A stretch of DNA of 64,000 nucleotides, taken from positions 9,277 to 73,276 of the forward strand of contig JAKLGH010000004.1 of NCBI GenBank assembly GCA_022710775.1. The letters are read 5' to 3'. Under the pieces are notes generated by a model that saw only the letters and a program-made list of their open reading frames with translations, was not told where the DNA came from and searched no databases. Below, one piece after another: positions 28,448 to 36,833 of the stretch. This DNA is from Patescibacteria group bacterium (GTDB taxonomy: Bacteria > Patescibacteriota > Minisyncoccia > Minisyncoccales > UBA5738). Every line of letters starts with the position of its first letter. Positions within the stretch are counted from its first letter, which is position 1. Both the position numbers and the translations under genes were made by a program.

Positions 28448-28474
28448 AACTGCCGTATCATGCCGGCAGTTTTT
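28448..28474 (+). terminator. Rho-independent terminator after tpiA
   Basis: ctgccg-N8-cggcag followed by TTTTT. Confidence 0.6.
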
Positions 28475-28658
28475 GGCATTAGCGCGAAGAGGGTTTTTAG
28501 GCCGCGCTTTTTTTGAGCCGCGCAAAACGCGACTAATTAGAATAGACCAAATTAAAATTGGTTTTTTGTTGTTGCGCCTGATTGACCGACTTTGGCCGAT
28601 TTGTTAGCATTTTTATATACGGTAAAACCTTTTTGTCCTTCTCGGCCAAGGAACAAGG

Positions 28659-29192
28659 GTGGCGGAGCAAGTAAAAACCATGGCAAGGTTCGACGAGGGT
28701 TATTTCTACAACCCCACTAAAGGCAACTTAACATTGGATGGGACGCTGGAAGAAATGATGAATTACATGCTGGAGAAACCAGACATCAACTACGAAATCG
28801 TGGTCGGTTGTGATTCGTCTTCCGACGAAGAACCTCATTTTCCCGCGGCGATAGTTATTTTAAGGAAAGGAGCTGGCGGCCGGTTTTTTCTAAAAAAGAT
28901 CACTTATTCAAAAGAAAGGAAATTTTATAACTTCCGCCAGAGGATCCTGGAAGAAACCTTGCTATCTTGCGAGCTGGCCTTGGTTTTAAAAGAGATGCTC
29001 GAAAAAAAGAGAACGGTATGGCCAAAAAATCTTAAATGGAAATTCATCAATATTCATGCCGATGTGGGTGAGCGCGGCTCAACCAAGGAAATGATCAAAG
29101 AAGTGACCGGTTTGATACGAGGCAGCGGTTTTATTCCGATCATTAAACCGTTTTCTTTTGCCGCATCGGCCATTTCGGACCGGTATACCTAA
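28659..29192 (+). CDS. YkuK/DUF458-like RNase H-fold protein
   Basis: FYNPTKG...VVGCDSS...KGAGGRFF...RQRILEET pattern resembles DUF458. The start may be GTG 28659 or ATG 28680. Confidence 0.5.
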   Translation: MAEQVKTMARFDEGYFYNPTKGNLTLDGTLEEMMNYMLEKPDINYEIVVGCDSSSDEEPHFPAAIVILRKGAGGRFFLKKITYSKERKFYNFRQRILEETLLSCELALVLKEMLEKKRTVWPKNLKWKFINIHADVGERGSTKEMIKEVTGLIRGSGFIPIIKPFSFAASAISDRYT

Positions 29193-29319
29193 TCAAGACT
29201 TACGCAGTCGCCCCATCTTCTGCGTTAAAGTGTTCGGGTGCTAGTTGCCAAGCCTTGGCTGGGTTCCGGCGCGCCCGCGCGCTTTGCCTTGAACCTGTGC
29301 CAACTGCGCAAGTCTTGAT
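29192..29319 (+). promoter_or_regulatory. 17-bp inverted repeat enclosing a G+C-rich segment of about 95 nt, directly upstream of alaS
   Basis: atcaagacttAcgcagt (29192-29208) pairs with actgcgCaagtcttgat (29303-19319 region, i.e. 29303-29319), with one mismatch. Spans from the upstream stop codon to 2 nt before ATG 29321. Confidence 0.45.
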
Positions 29320-29320
29320 A

Positions 29321-31093
29321 ATGTATCCTGATAAACAAATGACATCAAAAGACCTTCGTAAAAATTTCTTGGATTATTTCGCGAAACGGGGACACAAGAT
29401 AGTGCCGTCTTCGTCTTTGGTCACAAACGATCCAAGCGTTTTGTTCGCGACGGCCGGCATGCAGCAGTTCAAGCCGTATTATCTGGGCCAGGAGTCGCCA
29501 TACGGTTTGAATGTGGCGAGCTGCCAGAAATGCGTCCGGACTTCGGATATCGATGAAGTCGGAGATCACAGCCATCTGACTTTTTTCGAGATGCTTGGTA
29601 ATTTTTCTTTCGGAGGATACGGCTCAAACTTCAAAGAGGAAGCGATAAAGCTGGCTTACAATTTTATTTTCGCAGAACTGAAATTGCCCCTCCAGGACTC
29701 TTTTTTCACGGTATTCGAGGGAGATGCCGTTGTACCGGCGGATAAAGAATCTGAAGCCATCTGGACTCGAATGGCGGGCAATAGGGCAACGATCCAGCGT
29801 TTCGGCCGGGCTGATAATTTTTGGGGGCCCACCGGGGAATTCGGGCCTTGCGGTCCGACTACGGAAATCCATTACCGGAACACGGAAATCTGGAACATCG
29901 TCTTCAACGAGTATTACCAGGACAAGGACAAGTCTTTGAAACCGCTGCCAAAAAAAGGCATTGATACGGGTATGGGTTTTGAGCGCCTTTTAATGATGGT
30001 TCAGGATAAGCAAACGGTTTATGACACCGATTTGTTTGTGCCGATCATGGAAAAGATACCCGGTACCGACCTGAAGGCGAGAAGAATAGTGGCCGATCAC
30101 ATTAAAAGCGCGGTTTTTCTGATAAGCGACGGCGTTTTGCCTTCCAATCTGGAAAGAGGCTATGTTCTACGGCGTATTTTAAGGAGGGCGATCCGGTATG
30201 GACGGATTTTAGGCCTGACCGGCGATTTTTTGATGCCATTGGCCCAAACGGTAATCTCGATATACCGGGAGGCGTATCTTGACCTAGCCGTCAATGAAGA
30301 CGGCATTCTGACCGCCATTCATGCCGAACAGGAAAAATTCGATAGAGTTATTGATGAAGGGTTACGGGAAGTCAAAGCGCTGGAAAAAGTTTTAACGGAG
30401 GCTGGCGCGGCTTCGATAAAACCGGAGGGTCTTGCGGAGCTTTCGGCCAGCGATATTATGATCAACCGTCTTTTTGATCTTTACCAAAGCAAGGGAATGC
30501 CGCTGGAGCTTGTTTTTGAAGAATTCGACAATGACTCGGTGAAATGCGATAAAGCCGCAATCCAGGCAAGATTTAATGAAAAACTGAAACATCATCAAGA
30601 GATTTCCCGCGCCGGCGCCGAAAAAAAATTCGGGGGCATCGGCGGAACCGCGACCGAGGAAGCGAAAAAATTACATACTGCCGCCCATCTTCTGCATGCG
30701 GCATTAAGAAGAGTGCTGGGAACGCATGTCAAACAAATGGGTTCCGATATCACTTCGGAGCGTTTGCGCTTTGATTTTTCCCATCCGGCAAAAATGACAG
30801 CCGGGGAACTTGCCAAGGTTGAAGACCTGGTTAATTATGCGATCAAAGACAATATCCCGGTCATAAAGGAATTAATGTCCTATGAGGAAGCGATTGCCGG
30901 AGGGGCGCTGGCTTTTTTTAAGGAAAAATATCCCGCCCAGGTTAATGTTTATACCATTAAGGATTATTCCAAAGAGATTTGCGCCGGCCCTCATGCGGAA
31001 CGGACAGGGAGCCTGGGACAATTCCGGATTGTAAAAGAAGAATCATCGGGTGCCGGCGTGAGGCGGATCAAAGCGGTTTTGTCGCCCCGATGA
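29321..31093 (+). CDS. alaS: Alanine--tRNA ligase, short form (no C-Ala domain)
   Basis: TSKDLRKNFLDYFAKRGH N-terminus. Editing-domain HTAAHLLH and CAGPH motifs. Ends just after the editing domain. ATG at 29321 or 29339; the track start 29255 runs through the inverted repeat. Confidence 0.85.
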   Translation: MYPDKQMTSKDLRKNFLDYFAKRGHKIVPSSSLVTNDPSVLFATAGMQQFKPYYLGQESPYGLNVASCQKCVRTSDIDEVGDHSHLTFFEMLGNFSFGGYGSNFKEEAIKLAYNFIFAELKLPLQDSFFTVFEGDAVVPADKESEAIWTRMAGNRATIQRFGRADNFWGPTGEFGPCGPTTEIHYRNTEIWNIVFNEYYQDKDKSLKPLPKKGIDTGMGFERLLMMVQDKQTVYDTDLFVPIMEKIPGTDLKARRIVADHIKSAVFLISDGVLPSNLERGYVLRRILRRAIRYGRILGLTGDFLMPLAQTVISIYREAYLDLAVNEDGILTAIHAEQEKFDRVIDEGLREVKALEKVLTEAGAASIKPEGLAELSASDIMINRLFDLYQSKGMPLELVFEEFDNDSVKCDKAAIQARFNEKLKHHQEISRAGAEKKFGGIGGTATEEAKKLHTAAHLLHAALRRVLGTHVKQMGSDITSERLRFDFSHPAKMTAGELAKVEDLVNYAIKDNIPVIKELMSYEEAIAGGALAFFKEKYPAQVNVYTIKDYSKEICAGPHAERTGSLGQFRIVKEESSGAGVRRIKAVLSPR

Positions 31094-31142
31094 CGGAATT
31101 GAAACCGGCTTTTTGGCCTAGTCTCAATTTAAACCTTTTTCT

Positions 31143-31216
31143 CTGCGAAACGGAAATTTGGAACGGAGCAGCAAAAGAGACATGCTGCCAAAGGCAAGGC
31201 AACGTCGGCAGCGGGT
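31143..31216 (+). repeat. Promoter-upstream repeat element, copy b (core CGGCAGCGGG at 31206-31215)
   Basis: ctgcgaaacgg...aaagagacatgctg...gcaacgtcggcagcgggt. Followed by TGgTATAAT at 31240-31248. Confidence 0.6.
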
Positions 31217-31341
31217 CGTTAGGTATTAAACCCGTTTTTTGGTATAATTTAGCTAGCGTTCAATCGCGCGGCGGGGTTCTCTGCATTTTGCGGAAGAATC
31301 AAGCAAAAATCATTAAAGCGTAAGTCAACCATAATATCCAC

Positions 31342-32712
31342 ATGGTGAAAAAAGTATTAGATATCATACCTCCTAAAAAACAGGAAGCATCGAAAGAAAA
31401 TGCTTCGCGGATCGGTAAAGAAAAGGCGGAAATAAAGCCGGCTCCTAAACCGAAGATAACTTATATCCCGAAGAAAATTCCCGCTCCGGTTTTTAAGCCA
31501 AGCGGGATGAAATTGCCGTCAGGAATGGTTTTTTCGCCGAAAACGCTGCTTGCTTCGAAAATCGCGATAGTTTTAATTGTGGTTTTGGGCGCATTTATTT
31601 TCCTGGACAATAAACTGGCCAAAGCGACAATCACGATTTGGCCTGAAACCGAGGATTTAAGATCGGAAGTTCAGCTGACTGTAGATTCGTCGCTGAAAGA
31701 GCCGGACCTGGCCAAAAAAGCCATTCCGGGAACCGTGATCACGGCGGAAAAAACCTATTCCGACGATTTTGCGGCTACCGGAAAGAAAAACAGCCAGAAC
31801 AAAGCGCAAGGAACGGTTAAAATCTATAATAATTTTTCCATTGCCCAACGCTTGATTAAAGGTACGCGTTTGCAGGCTCCTCTGGAAAAATTTCAGCCTG
31901 CTTTATCGAAAGATGAAACTCCGTGGTTCCGGACGGCCGCTGATGCGACCATTGGCGCCAAAGCTTCCGCCGATGTTCTGGTCGTGGCTGACGGGACAGG
32001 GGAGAAATATAATATCGAACCGTCTATTTTTTCCATTCCCGGTTTAGTCGGGACGCCGCAATATACTTTTATCTACGGGCAGTCTTTTGAAAAATTCCGG
32101 GGCGGGGAAAAAGGCGCTTTACCCGAAATCAAACAGGAAGATCTCGACGGGGCGAAAGACGCTTTAACCAAAAAAGCCGAAACCGAGATCAAAAAAGACA
32201 TGGAAATCATGGTTCCGGAAAACCACGTTCTGATCGCGGAAACCGTGAAGTTTGAGGTTTTGGACGCTTCGCCGGCCGCCGTTGCCGGGACCAATGTGGA
32301 AAAATTTACTTATCAAGTCAAAGTTAAAGCTACTGGCCTGGTTATTGATAAAAAAGAGCTCGACGCGATTGCCAAAGAACATCTTTTAAGCCAGGTCGAA
32401 GATAATTTCGGGATTTACGAAAAAAGTTTTTTTGTAAAATATACCTATGTTCCTTTTGCGGCATCAACGCCGCCTGTCTCAACCGGCGTATCGGTTGCCG
32501 ATATAAAAGTGGAAGCGGGCGCGCGTGTTTACCAGCCGATAGACGAAGTTTTCGTGAAGAAGGGCCTGGCTGAAAAGAAAGTAGAAGTGGCCAAGTTTTT
32601 TTTAATGAACCAATCCAAGGTTAAAAACATAGAAATGGATGTTTCTCCGTTCTGGCGGACAAATATTCCCAGGGACTTGGAGAAAATCCAAGTAAACATG
32701 AATTTCGATTGA
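31342..32712 (+). CDS. Hypothetical single-pass membrane protein (456 aa)
   Basis: K/P-rich N-terminus, one TM (IAIVLIVVLGAFIFL), and a large extracytoplasmic domain. No family recognised. Confidence 0.6.
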   Translation: MVKKVLDIIPPKKQEASKENASRIGKEKAEIKPAPKPKITYIPKKIPAPVFKPSGMKLPSGMVFSPKTLLASKIAIVLIVVLGAFIFLDNKLAKATITIWPETEDLRSEVQLTVDSSLKEPDLAKKAIPGTVITAEKTYSDDFAATGKKNSQNKAQGTVKIYNNFSIAQRLIKGTRLQAPLEKFQPALSKDETPWFRTAADATIGAKASADVLVVADGTGEKYNIEPSIFSIPGLVGTPQYTFIYGQSFEKFRGGEKGALPEIKQEDLDGAKDALTKKAETEIKKDMEIMVPENHVLIAETVKFEVLDASPAAVAGTNVEKFTYQVKVKATGLVIDKKELDAIAKEHLLSQVEDNFGIYEKSFFVKYTYVPFAASTPPVSTGVSVADIKVEAGARVYQPIDEVFVKKGLAEKKVEVAKFFLMNQSKVKNIEMDVSPFWRTNIPRDLEKIQVNMNFD

Positions 32713-32796
32713 TTTTTGTTCGTTTTGGCGGTTATTTAAATTATAGGTAAAACCAGCTTAAATTAGCTTTAAATAGTCGGGAAATAACGAATGGGG

Positions 32797-32825
32797 TTGA
32801 CTAGTTTGAGGCAATCTGATATATT
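32797..32825 (+). promoter_or_regulatory. Sigma70-like promoter for the infA-rpmJ-alpha operon
   Basis: TTGACT, 17 nt, TATATT. Confidence 0.55.
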
Positions 32826-32924
32826 AAGAAATTGTTTAATCTTTAGTTTTTAACTTAGGCCAAAACGCGGCAAAAGGCTGGCGGGCGGCAGAAAACATAA
32901 GGATTGCAACCGAAGGCCGTTTAC

Positions 32925-33143
32925 ATGTCAAACAAAAAAATATTGAGATTCCAAGGGCAAGTTTACGAATCTTTGCCTGATGCCAACTTTCGAGTGAGGC
33001 TGTCTGACGGGCGGGAATTATTGTGCCACTTGGCTGGAAAGCTGCGGATGTACCGGATTAAGATCCTGCCAGGCGATACGGTCACAGTTGAAATGAGCCC
33101 GTACGACGAAAAAAGGGGAAGAATAGTTTATCGAGGAAGATAA
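32925..33143 (+). CDS. infA: Translation initiation factor IF-1
   Basis: 72 aa from the in-frame ATG at 32925. S1-like sequence [25 protein letters not shown]. Confidence 0.9.
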   Translation: MSNKKILRFQGQVYESLPDANFRVRLSDGRELLCHLAGKLRMYRIKILPGDTVTVEMSPYDEKRGRIVYRGR

Positions 33144-33153
33144 TAATTACCTT

Positions 33154-33270
33154 ATGAAGATAAGAGCATCAGTAAAAAAAATTTGCAAAGATTGCCAGAT
33201 TGTCAAAAGGCAAAGAAAGATATACGTAATTTGTAAAAAGAATCCCAAGCATAAGCAAAGGCAGGGTTAA
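33154..33270 (+). CDS. rpmJ: 50S ribosomal protein L36
   Basis: 38-aa ORF below the track cutoff: [38 protein letters not shown]. Confidence 0.9.
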   Translation: MKIRASVKKICKDCQIVKRQRKIYVICKKNPKHKQRQG

Positions 33271-33415
33271 TTAAATATACCCGCGTTTGACCATACAATA
33301 TAATTAAGTTAAGCTAGAAATCCAAGTTCCAAAAAAATTGGGTTTCCGGATCCACTAAAAAACAAAAAATGGATTTTGGTTTTAGTGTTGCTGTTAATTC
33401 AATAAATACAACAAT

Positions 33416-33805
33416 ATGCCACGTCTTCTCGGAGTAAACATTCCAGACAACAAACCTATATTGATTTCTTTGGGTTATATTTACGGAATAGGCCGGCGAT
33501 CGGCTGAACTTGTGTTAAAGGAAGCCAAGATCGATCCTCAAGCCAGGGCGAAAACGCTTACCAGCGAACAGCTGAACAGCCTGCAGGAAATTGTTAAAAA
33601 GAATTACCGCGTTGAAGGAGATTTAAAAAGGGACATCATGATGAATGTAAAGCGCCTGAAGGATATTATGAGCTGGAGGGGAATGCGCCACATGAGAGGG
33701 CTGCCTTGCCGCGGACAAAGGACGAAGACCAATAACCGTACGGTGCGCGGAAATGTCAGAAAGACCGTTGGTTCGGGCAGGAAGCCGGCAGCTACTCCCA
33801 CCTAG
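33416..33805 (+). CDS. rpsM: 30S ribosomal protein S13
   Basis: MPRLLGVNIPDNK N-terminus. 129 aa. Confidence 0.92.
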   Translation: MPRLLGVNIPDNKPILISLGYIYGIGRRSAELVLKEAKIDPQARAKTLTSEQLNSLQEIVKKNYRVEGDLKRDIMMNVKRLKDIMSWRGMRHMRGLPCRGQRTKTNNRTVRGNVRKTVGSGRKPAATPT

Positions 33806-33830
33806 AAATAAATGTTCGAAGCACGAAGCT

Positions 33831-33893
33831 CGAATGTTCGAAACAATTTTTGGAGGAACTTGTTTCGAATATTCGGATTTCGGACATTCGGTT
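33831..33893 (+). repeat. Hairpin + (A/T)TTCGG heptad element, copy 2
   Basis: 16-bp stem cgaatgttcgaaacaa/ttgtttcgaatattcg with a loop containing GGAGG, then ATTCGG-ATTTCGG-ACATTCGG-TTT. A half-copy aatgttcgaagc lies at about 33810. Confidence 0.6.
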
Positions 33894-33959
33894 TAAGCAA
33901 AGAGAAATGAAATGGAGCTAGAATTATCAATTAATCAATTATAATTAGTTTTCAAAGAA

Positions 33960-34412
33960 ATGGGTAAAAAGCACGTAGCTACCAAAACAAAAGAAGAGCT
34001 GCTCAAGGAGAGAGATGTGATCGAGGAAAAGACCAAAAAGGAGGTCAAGATCAAAACCCCGTCGCGCATGCGCGAAGGGAGGGTTTACATTTCTTCGTCC
34101 TATAACAATACGATCGTTTCGCTTACCGATGACTTAGGAAACATCCTTTGCTGGAGATCGGCAGGAAGCATCGGTTTCAAGGGTACCAAAAAAGGAACGC
34201 CGTTCGCGGCTTCAAAAGTAGCGGAAGCGGTAGCGGAAGCGTTAAAGAAGATGAATATCGAGAAAGTCCAGGTTTTTGTGCGGGGCATAGGTTCCGGACG
34301 CGATTCGGCCGTTCGTTCATTGGCGGCGCGCGGAGTGGATATTGTTTCAATAAAGGACATTACGCCTATACCGCATAACGGCTGCCGGCCTCGGAAAGTA
34401 AGACGCGTATAA
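33960..34412 (+). CDS. rpsK: 30S ribosomal protein S11
   Basis: 150 aa. RVYISSSYNNTIVSLTD and PHNGCRPRKVRRV. Confidence 0.92.
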   Translation: MGKKHVATKTKEELLKERDVIEEKTKKEVKIKTPSRMREGRVYISSSYNNTIVSLTDDLGNILCWRSAGSIGFKGTKKGTPFAASKVAEAVAEALKKMNIEKVQVFVRGIGSGRDSAVRSLAARGVDIVSIKDITPIPHNGCRPRKVRRV

Positions 34413-34445
34413 TACGCCGAGCAATAAAGCAATAACATCCTAAAG

Positions 34446-35075
34446 ATGAACAACGATAAATGTAAAATTTGCCGAAGGTCGGGACAAAAACTTTTTCTAA
34501 AGGGGGAGCGTTGCTTTGGCCAAAAATGCGCCATTGTAAGAAGGCCTTATGCCCCGGGAAAGAAAGGCAAGAGAAGGACGAAAAACCTATCAGAATACGG
34601 ACGCGAACTTCGAGAAAAGCAAAGTTTAAGGAATTGGTACGGGTTGCGCGAACAGCAGTTCAAAAATTACGTGCGCAAAACTTTGGCTAAAAAGGGCCAG
34701 GCGGAAAATCTTGGCCTGATATTGATGAAATCCCTGGAGAGCCGGCTTGATTCCGTGGTATTCCGCCTTGGCTTTGCGGCGTCTCGGGTTTTGGCACGCC
34801 AATTGGTGAGCCATAATAATTTTCTCGTCAACGGCAAGCCGGTAAATATCCCGTCTTACCAAGTTAAGAAAGGGGATGTAGTTTCAGTAGCTCCCAGAAA
34901 GATGAAGAAAGTATATTTTCAGGGCATTCTTCCCGGATTGAAGAAACATAAAGCGCCGACCTGGCTGGTCTTGGATGCCGATAAAATGGAAGGAAAGATG
35001 GCTGATGAAATGAAGATGGAAGAGATAAATCCTCCGGGCGAGATTGAATCGATTTTCGAATATTACGCCCGCTAA
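34446..35075 (+). CDS. rpsD: 30S ribosomal protein S4
   Basis: 209 aa. N-terminal CKICRR...C..KC zinc motif and an S4 domain. Confidence 0.92.
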   Translation: MNNDKCKICRRSGQKLFLKGERCFGQKCAIVRRPYAPGKKGKRRTKNLSEYGRELREKQSLRNWYGLREQQFKNYVRKTLAKKGQAENLGLILMKSLESRLDSVVFRLGFAASRVLARQLVSHNNFLVNGKPVNIPSYQVKKGDVVSVAPRKMKKVYFQGILPGLKKHKAPTWLVLDADKMEGKMADEMKMEEINPPGEIESIFEYYAR

Positions 35076-35228
35076 TCAAATTTAAAAATAATTGCGATCT
35101 GTGAAGGGTTGGAAATAATTCCGGCCCGCGCGGACGAAAACCGTTGAGGCTCTGGGCGCGAAGATTGATTGCGAACGCTCGAGGGCTTACGGTTAACAGT
35201 TCAGGCCTATGGCTTGGCAAAAAAGACA

Positions 35229-35915
35229 ATGATTCCCTTACCGCTTAAACCAAAAGTAATCGAAGGAAAAGGCAATTGGGCAATAATCGAGATTGAGGCT
35301 CTTTATCCGGGATACGGCGTTACCGTGGGAAACGCTTTGAGACGGGTGCTTCTTTCATCGTTGGAAGGGGCGGCAGCGACCAAGATCAAGATTAAAGGCG
35401 TGCCTCACGAATTTTCAACGATCACAGGGGTGTCGGAAGACGTGATTACGATAATGCTCAACGTCAAACAGCTTAGGTTTAAAATGACCGGCGAGGAACC
35501 GCAAGTTTGCGTATTGAAGGGGAAAGGAGAGAAAGATATTTCCGGCAAAGATTTCGATATTCCCAGCCAATTGGAATTGATTAATCCTGATGCCCATGTC
35601 GCGACAATGACGGCGAAGACCGCCAAACTTGATATGGAGATCACGGTGGAAAAAGGCATCGGATACACATCGAAAGAAACGAAAAAGAAAGAAAAGCTCG
35701 AAATCGGCGTGATACCTCTGGATGCCATCTATACCCCGATCAAGAAGGTGGGATTCAAGGTCCAGAATATGAGGGTGGGAGACAGGACCGATTACGATAA
35801 GATCATGCTGGAGCTTGAAACCGACGGAACAATCAGCCCCGAAGACGCGTTTATGAAAGCGTCGGAAATTATCATTAACCACTTTTCATTATTTAAAGAA
35901 GCTTTCGTAAAGTAA
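35229..35915 (+). CDS. rpoA: DNA-directed RNA polymerase alpha subunit, N-terminal domain only (228 aa)
   Basis: GNALRRVLLSS motif. Alignable by eye to the E. coli alpha NTD up to its end. The stop comes 23 nt before rplQ, and no CTD-like sequence follows. Confidence 0.85.
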   Translation: MIPLPLKPKVIEGKGNWAIIEIEALYPGYGVTVGNALRRVLLSSLEGAAATKIKIKGVPHEFSTITGVSEDVITIMLNVKQLRFKMTGEEPQVCVLKGKGEKDISGKDFDIPSQLELINPDAHVATMTAKTAKLDMEITVEKGIGYTSKETKKKEKLEIGVIPLDAIYTPIKKVGFKVQNMRVGDRTDYDKIMLELETDGTISPEDAFMKASEIIINHFSLFKEAFVK

Positions 35916-35938
35916 AGCGAGGCCAATAATTAATCGAT

Positions 35939-36442
35939 ATGTACAAGCGGATAAAAGGTAAAAAATTCAGCAGAAAAACCGATCAAAGGAGGGCTTTTCT
36001 AAGGAATTTGGCGGTTAATCTGATAATGGAAGAAAGGATAACCACCACGAAAACCCGGGCAAAAGCGGCCTCTTCTTTGGTTGAAAAAATGATTACCAAA
36101 GCAAAGAAAGGCAATCTTGCGGCAATAAAACGGCTTTCCAGCATGCTTCCCCAACTGGCCGTAAAAAAGCTGATGGCTAATGTTGCGCCGCGTTTTATGC
36201 AAAGAAACGGCGGATATACCCGGATTATGAAATTGGGCCAACGCTATAAAGACGGATCAGAAATGGCCATAGTTGAGTTTATCGACCATGACGAGGTGCA
36301 TGCCGCCGAACTGGCGGAAAAAGCGAAAAAAATTACCGAAAAGAAAAAGGGTGTAAAGAAAGAAAAGGCTGCCAAGAAAGAGACGAAGAAAGCGGCAAAA
36401 ACAGCTAAGCCCGAAATTGTGGCGGAAAGCGATGGAAAATAG
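35939..36442 (+). CDS. rplQ: 50S ribosomal protein L17 (K-rich C-terminal tail)
   Basis: 167 aa. RAFLRNLAVNLI...RITTT motif. Confidence 0.9.
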   Translation: MYKRIKGKKFSRKTDQRRAFLRNLAVNLIMEERITTTKTRAKAASSLVEKMITKAKKGNLAAIKRLSSMLPQLAVKKLMANVAPRFMQRNGGYTRIMKLGQRYKDGSEMAIVEFIDHDEVHAAELAEKAKKITEKKKGVKKEKAAKKETKKAAKTAKPEIVAESDGK

Positions 36443-36478
36443 CTATCGATAAAAATATTTTTTAGTAACACTAGTAAT

Positions 36479-36829
36479 ATGAATCGAGAAAAATACACAA
36501 TCGACGCATCGGGAAAAGTCCTGGGTAGGCTGGCTGCCGAGATTGCTTTGCTGTTACGCGGAAAAAACAAACAAGGCTTCGTTCCTTATAAAGATGAAGG
36601 CGATTTTGTAACCGTGAAAAACGCGAAGGACGTCAAGGTTTCCGGCAGGAAAATGGACCAAAAAATTTATTACCATTATACCGGTTATACCGGAGGCTTG
36701 CGCAGAACGCCGATTAAGCGGATGCTGCAGAACAAGCCGACGGAAATTTTAAAAAAGGCCGTTTATAGAATGCTTCCAGATAATAAGTTGCGCGACAAAA
36801 TGATCAAACGGCTTAAGTTTGAAGATTAA
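36479..36829 (+). CDS. rplM: 50S ribosomal protein L13
   Basis: 116 aa: GKVLGRLAAEIALLLRGK. Confidence 0.9.
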   Translation: MNREKYTIDASGKVLGRLAAEIALLLRGKNKQGFVPYKDEGDFVTVKNAKDVKVSGRKMDQKIYYHYTGYTGGLRRTPIKRMLQNKPTEILKKAVYRMLPDNKLRDKMIKRLKFED

Positions 36830-36833
36830 TTAC

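Noticed and set aside
29192-29320. T-box riboswitch upstream of alaS
   Set aside because: No T-box sequence (..GGGUGGNACCGCG..), no recognisable specifier-loop/Stem I features and no terminator/antiterminator pair are present. SRP RNA motifs were also not found on either strand.
29255-29320. 5'-extended alaS start at 29255 (track ORF, 612 aa)
   Set aside because: The extension (MAGFRRARALCLEPVPTAQVLI) is encoded by the G+C-rich inverted-repeat region and has no counterpart in the AlaRS N-terminus. The conserved N-terminus begins at MTSKDLRKNF.
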